This document shows positions 49,955 to 63,402 of a stretch of 64,000 nt of DNA, piece by piece. The stretch comes from Harriotta raleighana. Lineage: Eukaryota. The stretch lies in contig JBNZDD010013721.1 of NCBI GenBank assembly GCA_050575255.1, positions 6,330,548-6,394,547 on the forward strand, in the 5' to 3' direction. A program made the position numbers and the translations under genes. Every line of letters begins with the position of its first letter. Within the stretch, counting starts at the first letter, position 1. Under the pieces are notes generated by a model. The model had not been told where the DNA came from and searched no databases. It saw nothing but the letters and a program-made list of their open reading frames with translations.

Positions 49955-50312
49955 CGTCTTTGAAACGTCTCAAAGCGCTTCCAAGAATATACTGTACTAC
50001 GAAGTGTAGTGTCTGTGTATTTTGTGGGAAAAAACGCGGCAACCAGATGCGCACAGCAGTATCCCACAACTGGTCATGGATTGAGTGACCAAATTATTAT
50101 TCATTTTTATAAATTTTAGTTTTGAAGAGATCATTATCTGCTGAAAAGCGATCTGCCATTCGACAAGCAACTGAGTTCCTACTTATTGCTAAGTGAACAG
50201 AGTCGTGTCGTGTAATGAAACTTGCCCAACATTTTGCCCTAGCCGGGAATCGAGCCCAGGTTGTCTCGCTTGCAAGGCGAGTGGTCGAACCACAAAGCCA
50301 CAGGACTCCACA
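49955..50312 (-). mobile_element. Long-form variant of the tRNA/Deu SINE
   Basis: Same head and core plus an extra ~60-nt segment at ~50140-50205. Confidence 0.75.
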
Positions 50313-53300
50313 AAGCAATCAGAGGAGAATTGCAAACAGATTCGATTCCACATTACAAACAGGGAGACATCAACTGGGAGAAATTCCCTTTCTCTTTTTG
50401 AATAGTGCCATGGGTGGGGATGGGGTGGGCCGGTTGGGAAATCCATCCACATAACCAGCCTTGAAATCAGACATGCCAAAATTCAATACGTTAAATATAA
50501 ATATCTATATTTTGCTTGTTTGGAAACAAGTAGCTTCACAGTGAGTCTGTTCCTAGAGAAGAGTGGCTTCTGGCTTGGTCTCGCCCAGCCTCCCCCTCCC
50601 GAGTAGGTTTTAGCCAGTGAATTTCCACTGACATTTTATTGTGGGTGGAATTTAAGGCAAATACAATTTGCACACCATCGGCTTACAAACAGCCATGAAA
50701 TGACCAATTAATTTGCATCTGGGGTTAAATTTGGATGAGGCGGATTTATAAAGCGGATGAACTTGCAGAAAGACTACAATTTTTTTTGAAATTGAATGCA
50801 TGTTAAAGTTTATGATACACAAATAATTATTGAAATATGTTCCTCTATAAAAATCCTATAATAATCCTTGCATTTGATATAGTGCCTTATCACGTCTTTG
50901 AGGCGTTTTAAAACATTTCACAAAATATACTGTAAAATGAATTGACTGTATTTTACGGACGAAATGCTGCAGCCAATTGTACACAGCAATTTGCAGACAA
51001 AGTATTGTAATGGATTGTATTGTCAGGCCGGGGCTAATTTTACATCTCAAGGAACAATCATTTTAGCATATGTGCAGAATACTGTATTATAATTCGGGCA
51101 ATGTTTCCAAACTCTCTTGTGGAGTAAGAAGGAGAATAGTCTCCTTTTCACTGCCAATGATTGTGTACGGATCTGAGAATTATATACAGCAGTGGGGGAT
51201 TGCAGTTACGAATGAATTCTCACTGTTTCCCAGCTATTTGCTGGTTTAGAACCAGTGGACTGCAGACAAGCCCATGCTTGCAGACAATTCAATCTTTCTT
51301 CAGCTGCTGCCATCCCTCTGTTGATATGATCAAATACAGCTCAGACTAAAAATACAGGATTTCTTCTATTCGCACTGAATTTTGCCATTGTTTTCCCAGC
51401 TGCACAGCCACTGATGTTAGATGCCTGATTTATTCGTTCTTCATCATTTTAAAAAAGATGCATTGGTTTATGCTGTTGTCCTGCCTACAATGAAGCTCAA
51501 ACGCACAGTTACATAACATGCTATTTAGCTCTTTGTCCACAATATACACAGTCAATTTACTTTACAATTTCCTCTGAAGCGATTTGGGAAGTCTTGAAAC
51601 CGTAAAAAGGCACTATATCAAATGTAAGGATTATTACTATTTTGTTTATTTTAATTGCTGAAGGAGTCTTTCTCAATCTGTTTTTTAAAGAATTCAAGTT
51701 ATCACCTCCCTTCTGTCTCTGCTTTTCCCCCTTTTTGGTAATCCTTGCATTATAACTCTATTGTCTTTAGAGGATGGTCTTTCTGTGAGATTCACTGTGA
51801 AAGAATTTGAAACAGATGCTCCCTCTCTGAGCCTGTCTGCCTTTGGAAGAGCGCTTGACCTGCGCTTAATACCTTTCACTGACTCAGCAGCGAAGATCAG
51901 GAACTTCTTGCTGTGACAATCTCAGATTCAGGACATTCATTACAAGTTTGTTTTGCTGGCAAATTTGCAATATTAAATTAATAGTAGGAGTTTTTTTTAA
52001 GTAGACCCTCCAGAATACTACTTGCTTATTCTGCCACAGCTATAAATTAAAATAAAAGTAACAATCTTTTGCACATGGTTTCTGTGCAAATGGTGGATTG
52101 TGGAAAAGAAACTGGCTGTATTTAGAGCCTGCAGCTTGAATAAAATTGCTGTCTGACAACTACAAGAATACTGGGCATTTATAGCGCTTTCATCACTACA
52201 TTTGCTTTGTTTCAGTGCACTTTTATTTGAAAGGCACAGCTCGGTTAGGAAAACAGTAGGTTGATTAATGTCATTTACTCTATGTTTCTGTTTATATTAA
52301 GAAATGTTGAGTGGGGTCAGATCACAAGCACTGTTTACACTAGGCAGGATTTTATATCCACCATTACTTCAGGAATAGATTCAAAATTCAACACCAAATT
52401 ATAGTTAAGTACCATGTTCACTATGAGAAATCTGGGCTCATCACTAACTGCATTAAAGGAGCTGGGGTAACTGCATCACAAGTTTCACTGCAGAGTTCTG
52501 CAGTCTTTTTATAAAACCAATTCCATCAATTACCTTTAGGGCGTGTGAGTAATATTTGTGCTCATGATTTGCGAACTTCTGCTCTGATAATAGTTTTTTT
52601 TCCCTGAAAGAACAGTTTGCTGTAACCTGCTGATAAGCACAGTTTAGGACGTAATAGTCATCTTGCAAAGTGGAGGGAGTGTGCAGTGAGTTGGATGAGT
52701 TGGAATGCACCATCTGGGAATGAGTAATTGGTGGTGAGGGAGGGAAGGGAAGGGTGGGGGGGTGGAGGACAGAATTTGGATTATGAGTTCAGTGAAAGTT
52801 TATACTGAATGTTGAAACTGGCATCGGGATGATGAGAACAAACATACAGGTTTGACTTTGCCAGTGCTGATTCAGAACCACTGTTCAGGTGGCTTTTAGT
52901 GACAGACTGAGCTCAGTGCTTCAAATGAATCTGACCTACGTTTGGGGGTCTAAATTCACTTTACAGTATATTTTATGAAGTGCTTTGAGACGTTTATATT
53001 TTGTGAAGTCCTTTGAACTGTCTCACTGAAGTGATAAGGGACTATATCTAATGCAAGGATTTCACTCCAGTGCAGTAGTGCTTAGAAAGCTGGTTATTTA
53101 AACAGAAAATACTCTAATTTCAGCGCCTTGGCACATCTTCCGAACATGAAAGGCACTTGACAAATGTAATTTTGTTGTTGTAGTTTGCGCCTGCAAAACA
53201 ATTCAGTAGAACTGTTTAAGTGTATTTAGATATCCAAAGGAATGGTGTGAGTGTGTCTCAATGATTAATGGCAGATAACGATCCGTCGCCATTTGGTACA

Positions 53301-56266
53301 ACTTTTTCTATAACATGGATGGAGTGAGGAGGAAGTTACTGGTATCAGATATTGTTACACTCGACAGAAAGTATAAATTAATTGTCAACACCCTGAAGTT
53401 ANTCATCTGCAACAGAAAGTATAAATTAATTGTCAACACCCTGAAGTTAAAGTGTTCTCTCACTGTGATTTAAGTGAATGCATAGTTTCTCCATACCAGC
53501 TGCTAAATTCCAATATGAGCATCTTGAACAAGCTTTCACATGCCGAGAATATCCCAAATTACATAGTGCACTGTAGCCATTCCATCCTCCTCTTTATTCT
53601 ACCCCCACGTCATGACTGGAGGGACCTTGTACAACATCTAATTTCACTTTTTAAAAAAGAAACAAAAGCCACAATTGCTGATTACTATAGTTATACATAG
53701 AAAACTGGAAACTTTGAACACAGAAGGAATCCATTCAGACCATCATGTTTATGCCATTTCTACAGTCACTTTCTATCAATCCACTGTACAGCTCTTAGCC
53801 CATATCCCTTGATGATTTTTTTTTCCTATGTGCCATTTCCGTTTTGAATGAATCTGTTGATCCTCAATAGCTACTTTGTGTGCAGAGGGTAAACAGTGAC
53901 TGGAAGAGGTTGCCAGGAAAGGTGGTAGGGGTCAGGACACTGGACAAAGAAGCTTAATGTTGTGATGTGGGGATGTTAGAGTAGGTGGTCTGAGAGGATG
54001 AGATTTGATGGGTCAAAGGACCTTCTTCATCCAGGCCGATCTTATGATCTTGTGATTTTGTGAATTCCACACCCAATAACAACAACAACTAAATTACATT
54101 GATAGAGCGCCTTTCAATTCCGGAGGGCGTCTAAGGCGCTTGGAACCTCAGAGTAAAAAAAAAAAGACTCATTCTAATCTTGCCCTGACTCTTCTGCTTC
54201 TTAATCAATAGTCATGATTCAGATCCATTGTTTGTTGTGATGAGTTATCTTTATCACTTTATAACTGGTGAGAAAGATATCTCTGCAAATGTTCTGGTAC
54301 ATTTTTCTTATTTTGGGTTGCAGCACCTTAACACTTAAGTACTTTTGAGGCCATATAGATACTTTACAATACATAAGTGTGCCAACTTTTTTGACAAAGT
54401 GTTCAAAGCCAGCACAGCTCACAAGGGTTCCAGGTTTGATCTTGCACCCACAAAGTATACAGTGAATTCACTTTACAGTATATTCATGATAAGGCGCTAT
54501 ATTGAATGTATTATTATTGATCTGTGCTGACATTTGTCATCTTATATTTATGTGACTTTCCCTCAGGTGTCCTCATATTGACCTAAAATTTGTGACTTTA
54601 TGTACAATTTACTTTCCCTGCTAATGCACATTATATAATACGAAGAAACAGTTTAATTAGTTACTATGAAAATCCAGAAGTATAATTAGCTGGAATGAAT
54701 CCATTGTGTATTGTACTTAAACTAAGCCACATTTCTTTAATGAGGATTTTCCAGTTGTTTTCAGTTCTTGGGCCAGTATGTATTTTACACAGAGGGTAAT
54801 AAACATCTGGAATGCATTGGCATAGGCTAGGAGTTAGATTTTTTCAAAAAAAAAACAGCTTGAAAGTGTACTGTAATAGAAAGATAGTGGGATGGATAAT
54901 GCAAAAGGATGGACTGAGGGACTTCTTAATCCATATTTCTTATGATACCAGCTTGATGTGGAGGTTGCAATTTAATTTAATACACATCAGTGGCACTATA
55001 AATATCTGTATAGAATTGTCGCTTATTCTGGGGCCTTTAGTTTGGCCTGAGTGTATATGTCAAGGAAAGTAGATTTCAATAAAATAGCAGAAGTCCTGGT
55101 TTCAAAATCATCCACTTATATGAGACCCAAATATGGTCTGTGATGTAATAGTTACATAGCACAGAGCATTTGTTAACAAATAGAACACAGAATAAACTGA
55201 AGTGACTCCCAACTCATCTGGTAGTATAAAGAATGATTTAAGGAGTCGGGAATTGATGAAGCCAAAGAGAGGCCACATCTAGGTTGTCAGAACAACCTGA
55301 AGCTGAATGAGCTAACCAGAAAGGCAACCGCTGTGAGCAACATTATTGTATTTACAATACCAGTCATCAGGACCATTCACTTTTCCTTTGTAAAAATTCT
55401 TTATTCTTGTGCTCCTTTTTCTAAGTAAATAGTTAAAGATTCTGACTGGGTTAAATTGGCTCTTGAGTTTAATTGCCTACAGTTGTACTCAGTTAATTTA
55501 TCATTAATTTAGAATGAATGTCATCTAGCAATGAAAACAATAAAAAAAACTTACATTTAGTTGCAGAGCCCATGACCCGCATACTAAATAAGCCAAAAAC
55601 AACAGCCACTCTAGGGACTAGGATGGATCCATGCAGAAAAAGACAACAGATTTATTTCTACACAGAGATGGTTCTGTCTGTGGGTGGCCCTGGGTGATTG
55701 ATGTATGAAAAAACAGGCTCTATCTTTACGTATTTATTGATCAAGCTTTTTTTTAAATTGTGCAGGGCTGATCAGAGTGCCCCAGGAAGCATTTTTCTGT
55801 GTGAGCTCCTGTTGTTGAATGCAGAGACCTTACACAATGTATCTGATAATAACCCATTTGGAAGCCAGCTTGTCCTGTGGTTTGAAAAATAAAAACACTC
55901 CAGAAAGCATTCCATAAGGGCCCCATTTATATTGACTTAATTTTGTTTTATTTTTTTTAAAAAACCACTCTAGGGTTAAAATTATGCCTTACACTTCCAT
56001 TACACAAATTGTTGTTATCAAGTTCTAGACAGCCATCTGCAATCCGGAATATTAGAATGCCTTCCTGGAAATACTGGGATTCATTTATTGCTCAGAAATC
56101 ATCATATTTGATTGACCGCCAGAATGAGTTGCTGGCCAACTCGCTGCGCAATGCTAGCAGGCCTGTTTGGCCTCATTTTCCATTGCTTTCAGTGGCCAAT
56201 AAAATTATTGGGAGATTCCTGCACTCTGTTGCAGTCCAGGGGTAGGAGTCCACATTGTTTTCAAAA

Positions 56267-56591
56267 AATAATCCTTGCATTTGATATAGCGCTTTTCACA
56301 TTTTATCAACGTCCCAAAGCGCTTCACAGAATATACTGTAAAGTGAATTGACTGTATATTTATGGGCGGAACGCGGCAGCCAATTGCGCACAGCAGCGTC
56401 CCACAAACAGTCGTGGATTGAAATGACCAATTTTATTATTGTTGTATTTTTGGAGGGATTATTATTAGGCATGTGGAGTAAGGAAACTTGCCCAAGGTTT
56501 CGCCCTGATCTGCCGGGTTTCGAACACAGATCTCAAGCTTGTAAGGCATGTAAGGTGAGTGCTCTAACCACTAAACCACAGGAGCTCCACA
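56267..56591 (-). mobile_element. Full-length, young tRNA/Deu/L2-tail SINE
   Basis: Best-preserved copy (CpGs retained): tRNA-like head, TGTTTGTGGGACGCTGCTGTGCGCAATTGGCTGCCGCG core, AAGCGCTTTGGGACG...GCGCTATATCAAATGCAAGGATTATT tail. Confidence 0.9.
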
Positions 56592-57070
56592 TTGACCCAA
56601 GAACGCCAGAAACCTGCCTTGTAATGGTTGCAAAGCAGAAGCAGGCTGCCCGACTGCTGTGAATTCTTATTTGGTTGGACGTGTCCACCGTTTGAGTAGT
56701 TAATTAAAGCCAGAGCAAAATAAAAACAACACATTCCTAAGCTGTGGCAATATCGTAGTTGCACGCCTCCCTCCACCACTTTCCAATCGCCAACCCGATC
56801 CCCTTATTGTTGTCAATAGAAAAATAATCCTTTATAGAAGGAATGCAGCTTGAAAACACATTCTTTAGAGAAGAGTCACTCGAAGGTTTTGCCAGATTGT
56901 ACTAGATTGTTTCCACCGAATTGTAAAGTCTGGTGTTGATATAGTGTTGTTTCAATGAGCACTTTCCAAAATTGATAATGATAATGTATATTTGCACCAA
57001 TCGACTGTAGGTCATCATGTTGTCCATTCAGCTCTGGAGTGCGACTAAACAATATAAACAAAGAAAATGA

Positions 57071-57362
57071 AAGTCCTGTAGCTCAGTGGTTAGAGCAATC
57101 TCCTTGCAAGTGTGAAACCTGTGTTCGAATACAGGCAGGGCGAAACCTTGGGCAAGTTTCCTTACTCCACAAGCCTAATAATAATTAGGCATGTGGAATA
57201 AGGAAACTTCAATCCACGACTGTTCGTGGGACACTGCTGTGCGCAGTGTTGCCGCGTTTTGCCCACAAATATAGTCAATTCACAGTATACTCGGTGAAGC
57301 GCTTTGAGACGTTTAGAAGATGTGAAAACTGCTATATCAAATACAAGGATTATTATGATTAT
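57071..57362 (+). mobile_element. Full-length SINE with internal fold-back
   Basis: A and B boxes intact (TAGCTCAGTGG, GTTCGAATAC); core and tail present. Confidence 0.9.
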
Positions 57363-59449
57363 AAATTGGAAAATGCTTGACTGACATCAGCCTTTTCAAA
57401 CATATTGATGTGATCATCCGATAGTTGCAAACAATAAATCAAATTAAATGGCTTTCCAGATAATCACGTGCAGTTAAAAATTAACCAAGTGTGTTTAACC
57501 CTGTATTAAACACGATGACTGAGCATTAGTATAATCAATGAGATGTCTTAAGGGGATTTTGTATTCTTATTAAATTAACAAAAGATAAATTTAATCTAGG
57601 CTTGGATTTACTCCAGATTCTTAACCTCTTGAATGTTGAAAAAGTTCACAAATTTTTATATGCTGTCTCAGTTTTGAGATCTTAAAATAACCTGCAGAAA
57701 ACTGGCTTCTTATTTATACGTCTCATTCATTTTTATTTGAAGAAAAGCAAGCCAAGAAGACTATCACATTGTCTATCCTTCACTCCTTGCCAGCATTAAA
57801 TTTGTTCTCACCTCCTCTGAAGCTACATTTACAATAATAATCCTTGTGTTTGATTCAATTATCATTGCTGGAAGTGTGAGCAATTGAATGACAGATGAGG
57901 GCAGGTTCTTACCTAACATGAGCTAAGAGTAAAAAAAGTTTAATTTAACAATTTTTCACTTTGAGTGGGTGGATCAAAACGCTTCACAGGATATACTGTA
58001 AAGTGAAGTGTCTGTATGGTTTGTGGGGAATACGAACAGCCTTTGGAGTGAGTGACTAATTTGATTTGGGTGATTTGGGAGGGGCGGGAGGTGAGGGGTT
58101 GTTGGCCAGGCCACTGAGAGAGAGAAACTTCCTTCACTTTTCGGAATAGTGTCATGAGATCTTTACCAACTGAACGAAAAGATGGGACCTCAGTTTTGAC
58201 GTCTCATCTGAAAAAGCCACCATGAGTAATGTAGTGTTTATTAAGTAAACTTATTAAGTTGTTATAATCTAGAATAATTTCTAATACCATAAGCTCTGTG
58301 TTGTTCGAGCAGCTGTTGTTTTAGTGAGACATTAAACTGAGGTCCTGTTTGTCTATTCTGGTGAACTTTAACAAGCAGGCAGTTCTCCCGATGCCCTGGT
58401 CAATATTCTTCCCTTGTTCAAATAATTAAAGAATCAAATTTACCTATTCACTTGCCCTGCAAGACGTTGCTGGCACAGATTTGCTTGCACAAACACGGTC
58501 ACAACGCTGTAAAGTAACCCACGGTACAAAGTCCTTTTGGATGTTTCAACATAAGGCGTGATATGAAGGCAGGCATTATTTATTGAAAATGCTCTTAAAA
58601 TTTGAATTAAATCATCTGAGATCTTTTCCTTTGGGATTCTGTTCTGACTTGAAAAAGAACTGAAAAATGATGACAGCTTGCAGATTAATATTTATTCAGT
58701 AGCATGCTGTTGATCTTCGCAACAGTGAATCCGATCATTCCATCTGCACTGGAGGACAGAACACACAAAGCACATCTATTTCAGAAACAGGACAGGGCCA
58801 AAAGTAGGGAAAAAAGTATGTTCAGAATGTATTTTATGTTTCTTACCCCTCACACCACATCCCTTTCCTTTCTCAGGACAAACAGCACACAAAACACAAG
58901 GAATAAAAACATTAATCATGGAGAACATCCTTTGCCCACTTGTTACACAGGGCAAAGAATATAAGCATGTCTCTTTTTTTTTGTACCGTGTCTAAAAGGC
59001 ATGTTATCCAAGAGATAAACTTTGTGTTATCGGCACATTTGTACACATTCAGTCAGCTAGATGCTGCTTCGCACTGTAATTGTTTCCATTTGTCTCTGAA
59101 GTTGCAGCTCACATCCTCATCTCTTGCGTTAAATCCCTAAGTCCCCTGGCTGCCTCAATCAGACAGTTCCCTCAATCGTTTGCGTTTCTTTTCCCCCTCA
59201 TTGTGTTTAGCAAGAATGGATTCAGCATTGGACCAAATGAAAGGGGAAATCTCTTTAAAATATCAAAGAGGGAGGAGAACCAGAAGACAGAAACATGCAT
59301 TGTCAAAAGAGGATATTGAGAAGACTGTATTAAATAATATGTGATCCTTGCATTTGATTTAGCACCTTTTCACACTGGAGAAATGACTCAAAGCACTTTG
59401 CAGACAGTATGATTATATGCATATGTAAAGACAAGAGAAGGCCAATTGA

Positions 59450-59743
59450 ATAATAATAATAATCCTTGCATTTAATAGAGCACTTTTCACATTTTCTAGA
59501 CATCTCAAAGCGCTTCATGGAATATACAGTACCGTAAAGTGGATTAACTGTGTATATGTGGGCGAAATGCAGCAGCCAATTGTACACAGCAGTATCCCAC
59601 AGAAATCATGGATTGAAAATTCCCAATTTTTTTTTAGGAATTATTATATGGCTTTCGAGTAAGGAAACTTGCCCAAGGTTTTGCGCTGCCTGGAATTGAA
59701 CCCAGTTCAGTCTCACTTCTAATCACTGAGCTACAGAACTCCA
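59450..59743 (-). mobile_element. Full-length SINE
   Basis: Collinear with the family consensus. Confidence 0.85.
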
Positions 59744-60203
59744 CATTCTTATAGAATGGAGGGACATTGAATAATAATAATAATCCTTGCGTATAAAGAT
59801 TTTAAAATTCAAGATTCTTTGAGGTGTTTCAATAGTGTTATAAGGCGGTATATCAAACGCAAGGATTATTATAATTTTGATATAGCGCCTTATCACATAA
59901 TTGAGTCACTTTAAAACACTTCACACAATAAACTGTAGTGAATTGATTGTATATTTTGTGACCGTAAAGATAGCTTAAGAGAAAAATAAAATTGAATTAA
60001 AAAAACATGAGCTAATGGGGGTGAAATGTGCACAACAGATTCATGGAGTGCTTTTTTACTACAAAATACAGTCACAACACTTTGCAACAAATTGTACTTT
60101 GAGACAACGTGAAAGGTAGTACAGTATATCAAAAGTAAGGATTATTATTATTTTCACCCTAATAGAAAAAGTTATTTTATTTTAGCCTCATTGGCTTGTT
60201 TGT

Positions 60204-60550
60204 GGAACCCTGTAACTCAGTGGTTAGAGCACTCGCCTTGCAAAAAATGCAAGGATTATTATTACCTTGCAAGTGAGAGACCTGCGTTCGATTCCAGGTA
60301 GGGCGAAACATTGGCCAAGTTTCCTTACTCCACATGCCTAACAATAATCTCTCCAAAAAAAACCCACCAATAATAATTTGGTCACTCAATCCACAACTGT
60401 TTGAGGGACACTGCTGTGCACTTTTGGCTGCCGTGTTTCGCCCACAAATATACAGTCAATTAACTTTACAGTATATTCTGTGAAGCACTTTGAGATGTCT
60501 AGAAGACGTGAAAAGCACTGTTTCAAAATTCAAGGATTATTATTATTATT
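60204..60550 (+). mobile_element. Full-length SINE with a micro-insertion in the tRNA head
   Basis: Collinear with the family consensus apart from 60244-60272. Confidence 0.88.
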
Positions 60551-62894
60551 TGGCACGGAGTCTTTATATTCAGATAATTGTTAGTCTGTTGAAAACGTTG
60601 CAGTTTCTTAACCACTGTTGTTCAAGAAAACAATGAAGGAAGTAACATAGGATGAGAGATGTCTCGAAACACTTCACAGAATATATATTGTAAAGTTTAT
60701 CATGGGCGAAACATGGCAGTCAATTGCGCTCAGTCACCGAATCCATAAACAGTCTTGGGTGGATTGAGTGACCAAATTTTGTTTTTGTCCCTGGAAAGCG
60801 ATCCGCCAATTGACTAACAACAGGGGAACAAGGTTCCTTTAAAATTATGTGCAAACACTTTTGGTAGTTTCACAGTGTTTTGGGGGCTGAAGCAATTCCC
60901 TTGTCAGCAGCTTAGGCAGGCGGTGCTTAGTTTGTAGGCGGGAGAAGGAGGAGTGCCAACATGTATAGTGATCCAGTCACACTCAGCAGCTCAGATGGAG
61001 CTGTAAATTGGAAGCAGTTCCAAACTTAGTGCTGGGGTTCCATACTTAACCCTGGGCTTTACACCGTGACAGGACACAGAATAATAGCAAGTTTGTGCTT
61101 TATGGAAGGGATTCGATGCCCAGATGAGCAGTAAAATTAGTTACTGCACTGAAGATAAAATTTAACACGTTTGGGTTTTAATGCACTAAAAGTTATCTGT
61201 GGGAAGCACTGGGGTTTCAGTGACAAGTGCAAACATTTACTGAAAGATTAAGGTAGTGCTGTGGCTATGGACTTGGGCTGTAACAAAGAGTGAAATAACT
61301 TCATCTTGTTTAAGTGGGAGGAGGTTAGATATTTCTATAAACCATTGGAGTCACATTAATGTCTTTTACTTCTGGAAAGATTTAAAGGATTGTGAATGCT
61401 TGCTGGAATTCTCAAAGCGTACATTCTGTTCCAAGTCTGGCTGAAATTTTCAGCTGAAGTCTGTTTTGGAATTTGAAAACACACTGGATCAGAGGCTTCA
61501 AGCTTTGGGAATTTTTGAAGACAGGATTTATTTTTCCCAGTCTTCTCTTCCTCCCTCCCTCCCTCCTCCTTCCTTCCCACCCCCTTCTCTCGGGCTGCTT
61601 GTTCACTGAAGGCACCACATTCATTCATTGCTTCTCCTACTGCTAATCACTTGGAGTTCAACAGAGCCCTGAATTCATCAGGTCATGTTGCATTTTCAAA
61701 GCTCATTGCTCACTGAGACCCTACCGTGTGTGCAGCTGAATAGAGGACTTTGATTGTTACGAGATGGGAGTGCTGACCCTTATCAGAGGCTTGTTCCTCT
61801 GAATACAGAAAGTGTAGAAGGATTATACGTGCTGAAGAGATGAAACTATTCAATTGGATATCTCGTACACTCTGAGGAAGATGGTAACGTATATTTTACT
61901 GCTTCTGATTTATCCAATTCGAGTTACTTATTCAGTGCAACATATGTTTCTTCTGAAGCATATACGAACTAAAATCTGATTCCACTAACTTGCTGATTTT
62001 TTCACAGGAACTATCTAACTAGTTTGGTTAGTATGGTGAAAGATTGTAGTTCTCGTTGCCTTTCGTGTTCATTCAGTCGAATGCCACAAACTTATTCTAA
62101 GCTTAGAAAATAGTTTCCTTTGTAAAATTCCCTTTTCGGATGCTTAAAACTTCTTTCAGCACTCTGAGGGTTAACTGGAGAGCTCTGTCTCCAGAAGCTG
62201 TGGACAATTTATGTTCTATTTTTGTCCAGCATCGAAGTGATGATTCTGAAGATTGGTTGAAAAAACAACGCTTCTTAAGTGATGGTTTAGTCTATGAACA
62301 AATCCATGAGACACTGAATACAAGTTCAGTATAATATATTCTTGGGGATGGACAGTGCTGCCTGCCACCGCATCTTATGCATATCACACAGAAAAGAATG
62401 TTTTGTGTAAAATTCTGTTTGATGTCCCGCTTAAATGTGTACATTTAACAATGCAGTTTTGTAAAATAAAAGTAGGGTTTCACCGACGAGAGAAGGTTTT
62501 GGTATATGTGTTTACACAGCAATTGCATGTGCCAGTCCAGCATTCTGTGCTGTGTTCGGGACCATTCCTTGGACAGTGTTAAACATGAAATTTAGAGGCA
62601 TTCAAAACACTCAGCATCTGATACAGTGAAAGTGGTAACATCTCTGTATTTCTCAGCATACAAAGAGACAGCCTTTGGCATCACTTGGTTAGGTAGTTAT
62701 GGAGTCCCCATAGTGTAGAATGGAGTCCTGAAGCATAATAGTTAGAGCATCACTTCACAAGCAAGAGGATCTGGGTTTTGATTCTCAGTGGCACAAACCT
62801 TAGACAAGTTTCCTCACTCAAAATGCCTATGTTTACCTAGCAGTAAGTAGCCAGTTGATTGGTGATCGCTTTCCGATTAAATGATTTGTGTGAA

Positions 62895-63402
62895 ACCCTG
62901 GTGTGATGTTAGCACTCCCACCCCTGAGTCAGAAGGTTATAGGTTCAATCCCCCTCATTGGGACTAGGAACCACATAGCCTAAGATAATACTCCAATGCA
63001 GCCGTGGGGGTTTGTTGCATTGCTGGAGGTGCCATCCTTCAGATGAGACTTTAAGCCTTGGGACATCCTCCTGAAAAGTGTTACACAAGTGTAATTTTGT
63101 TGTTGTTGTAAGTCGAGATCCCATCTGCAACTCAGTTGGATGAGCAAGTCGTGATCAAGATCCCATGGGTACTATTCAAAAAGACAAGAGAGTTTTCCCA
63201 GTGTACTAACCAACAATCCCCCACAAATAAAATTGGTCAATCACTCCACGGCTGTTTGTGGGCCATTGTTGTGGACAAATGGCTGCTGCTTTTCGCCCAC
63301 AAGTCAATGCACAGTCAATCCACTTTACTGTGTATCCCGTGAAGCGCTTTTCAAATGCTCAATGACATGATAAAGCACTGTAACAAATGCAACGATTATT
63401 AT
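62895..63402 (+). mobile_element. Old DeuSINE (SacSINE1-like) with a nested L2-type tail at ~63055-63110
   Basis: CCCCTGAGTCAGAAGGTT head, GCCATCCTTCAGATGAGAC, TGTTTGTGGG core and tail; interrupted by a CCTTGGGACATCCTCC...(TTG)n fragment. Confidence 0.7.

Noticed and set aside
57071-57142. tRNA-like cloverleaf with TGC (Ala-like) anticodon, also at 34046, 48644 and 60204
   Set aside because: Always fused to the SINE body and tail, with an imperfect acceptor stem; SINE heads, not tRNA genes.
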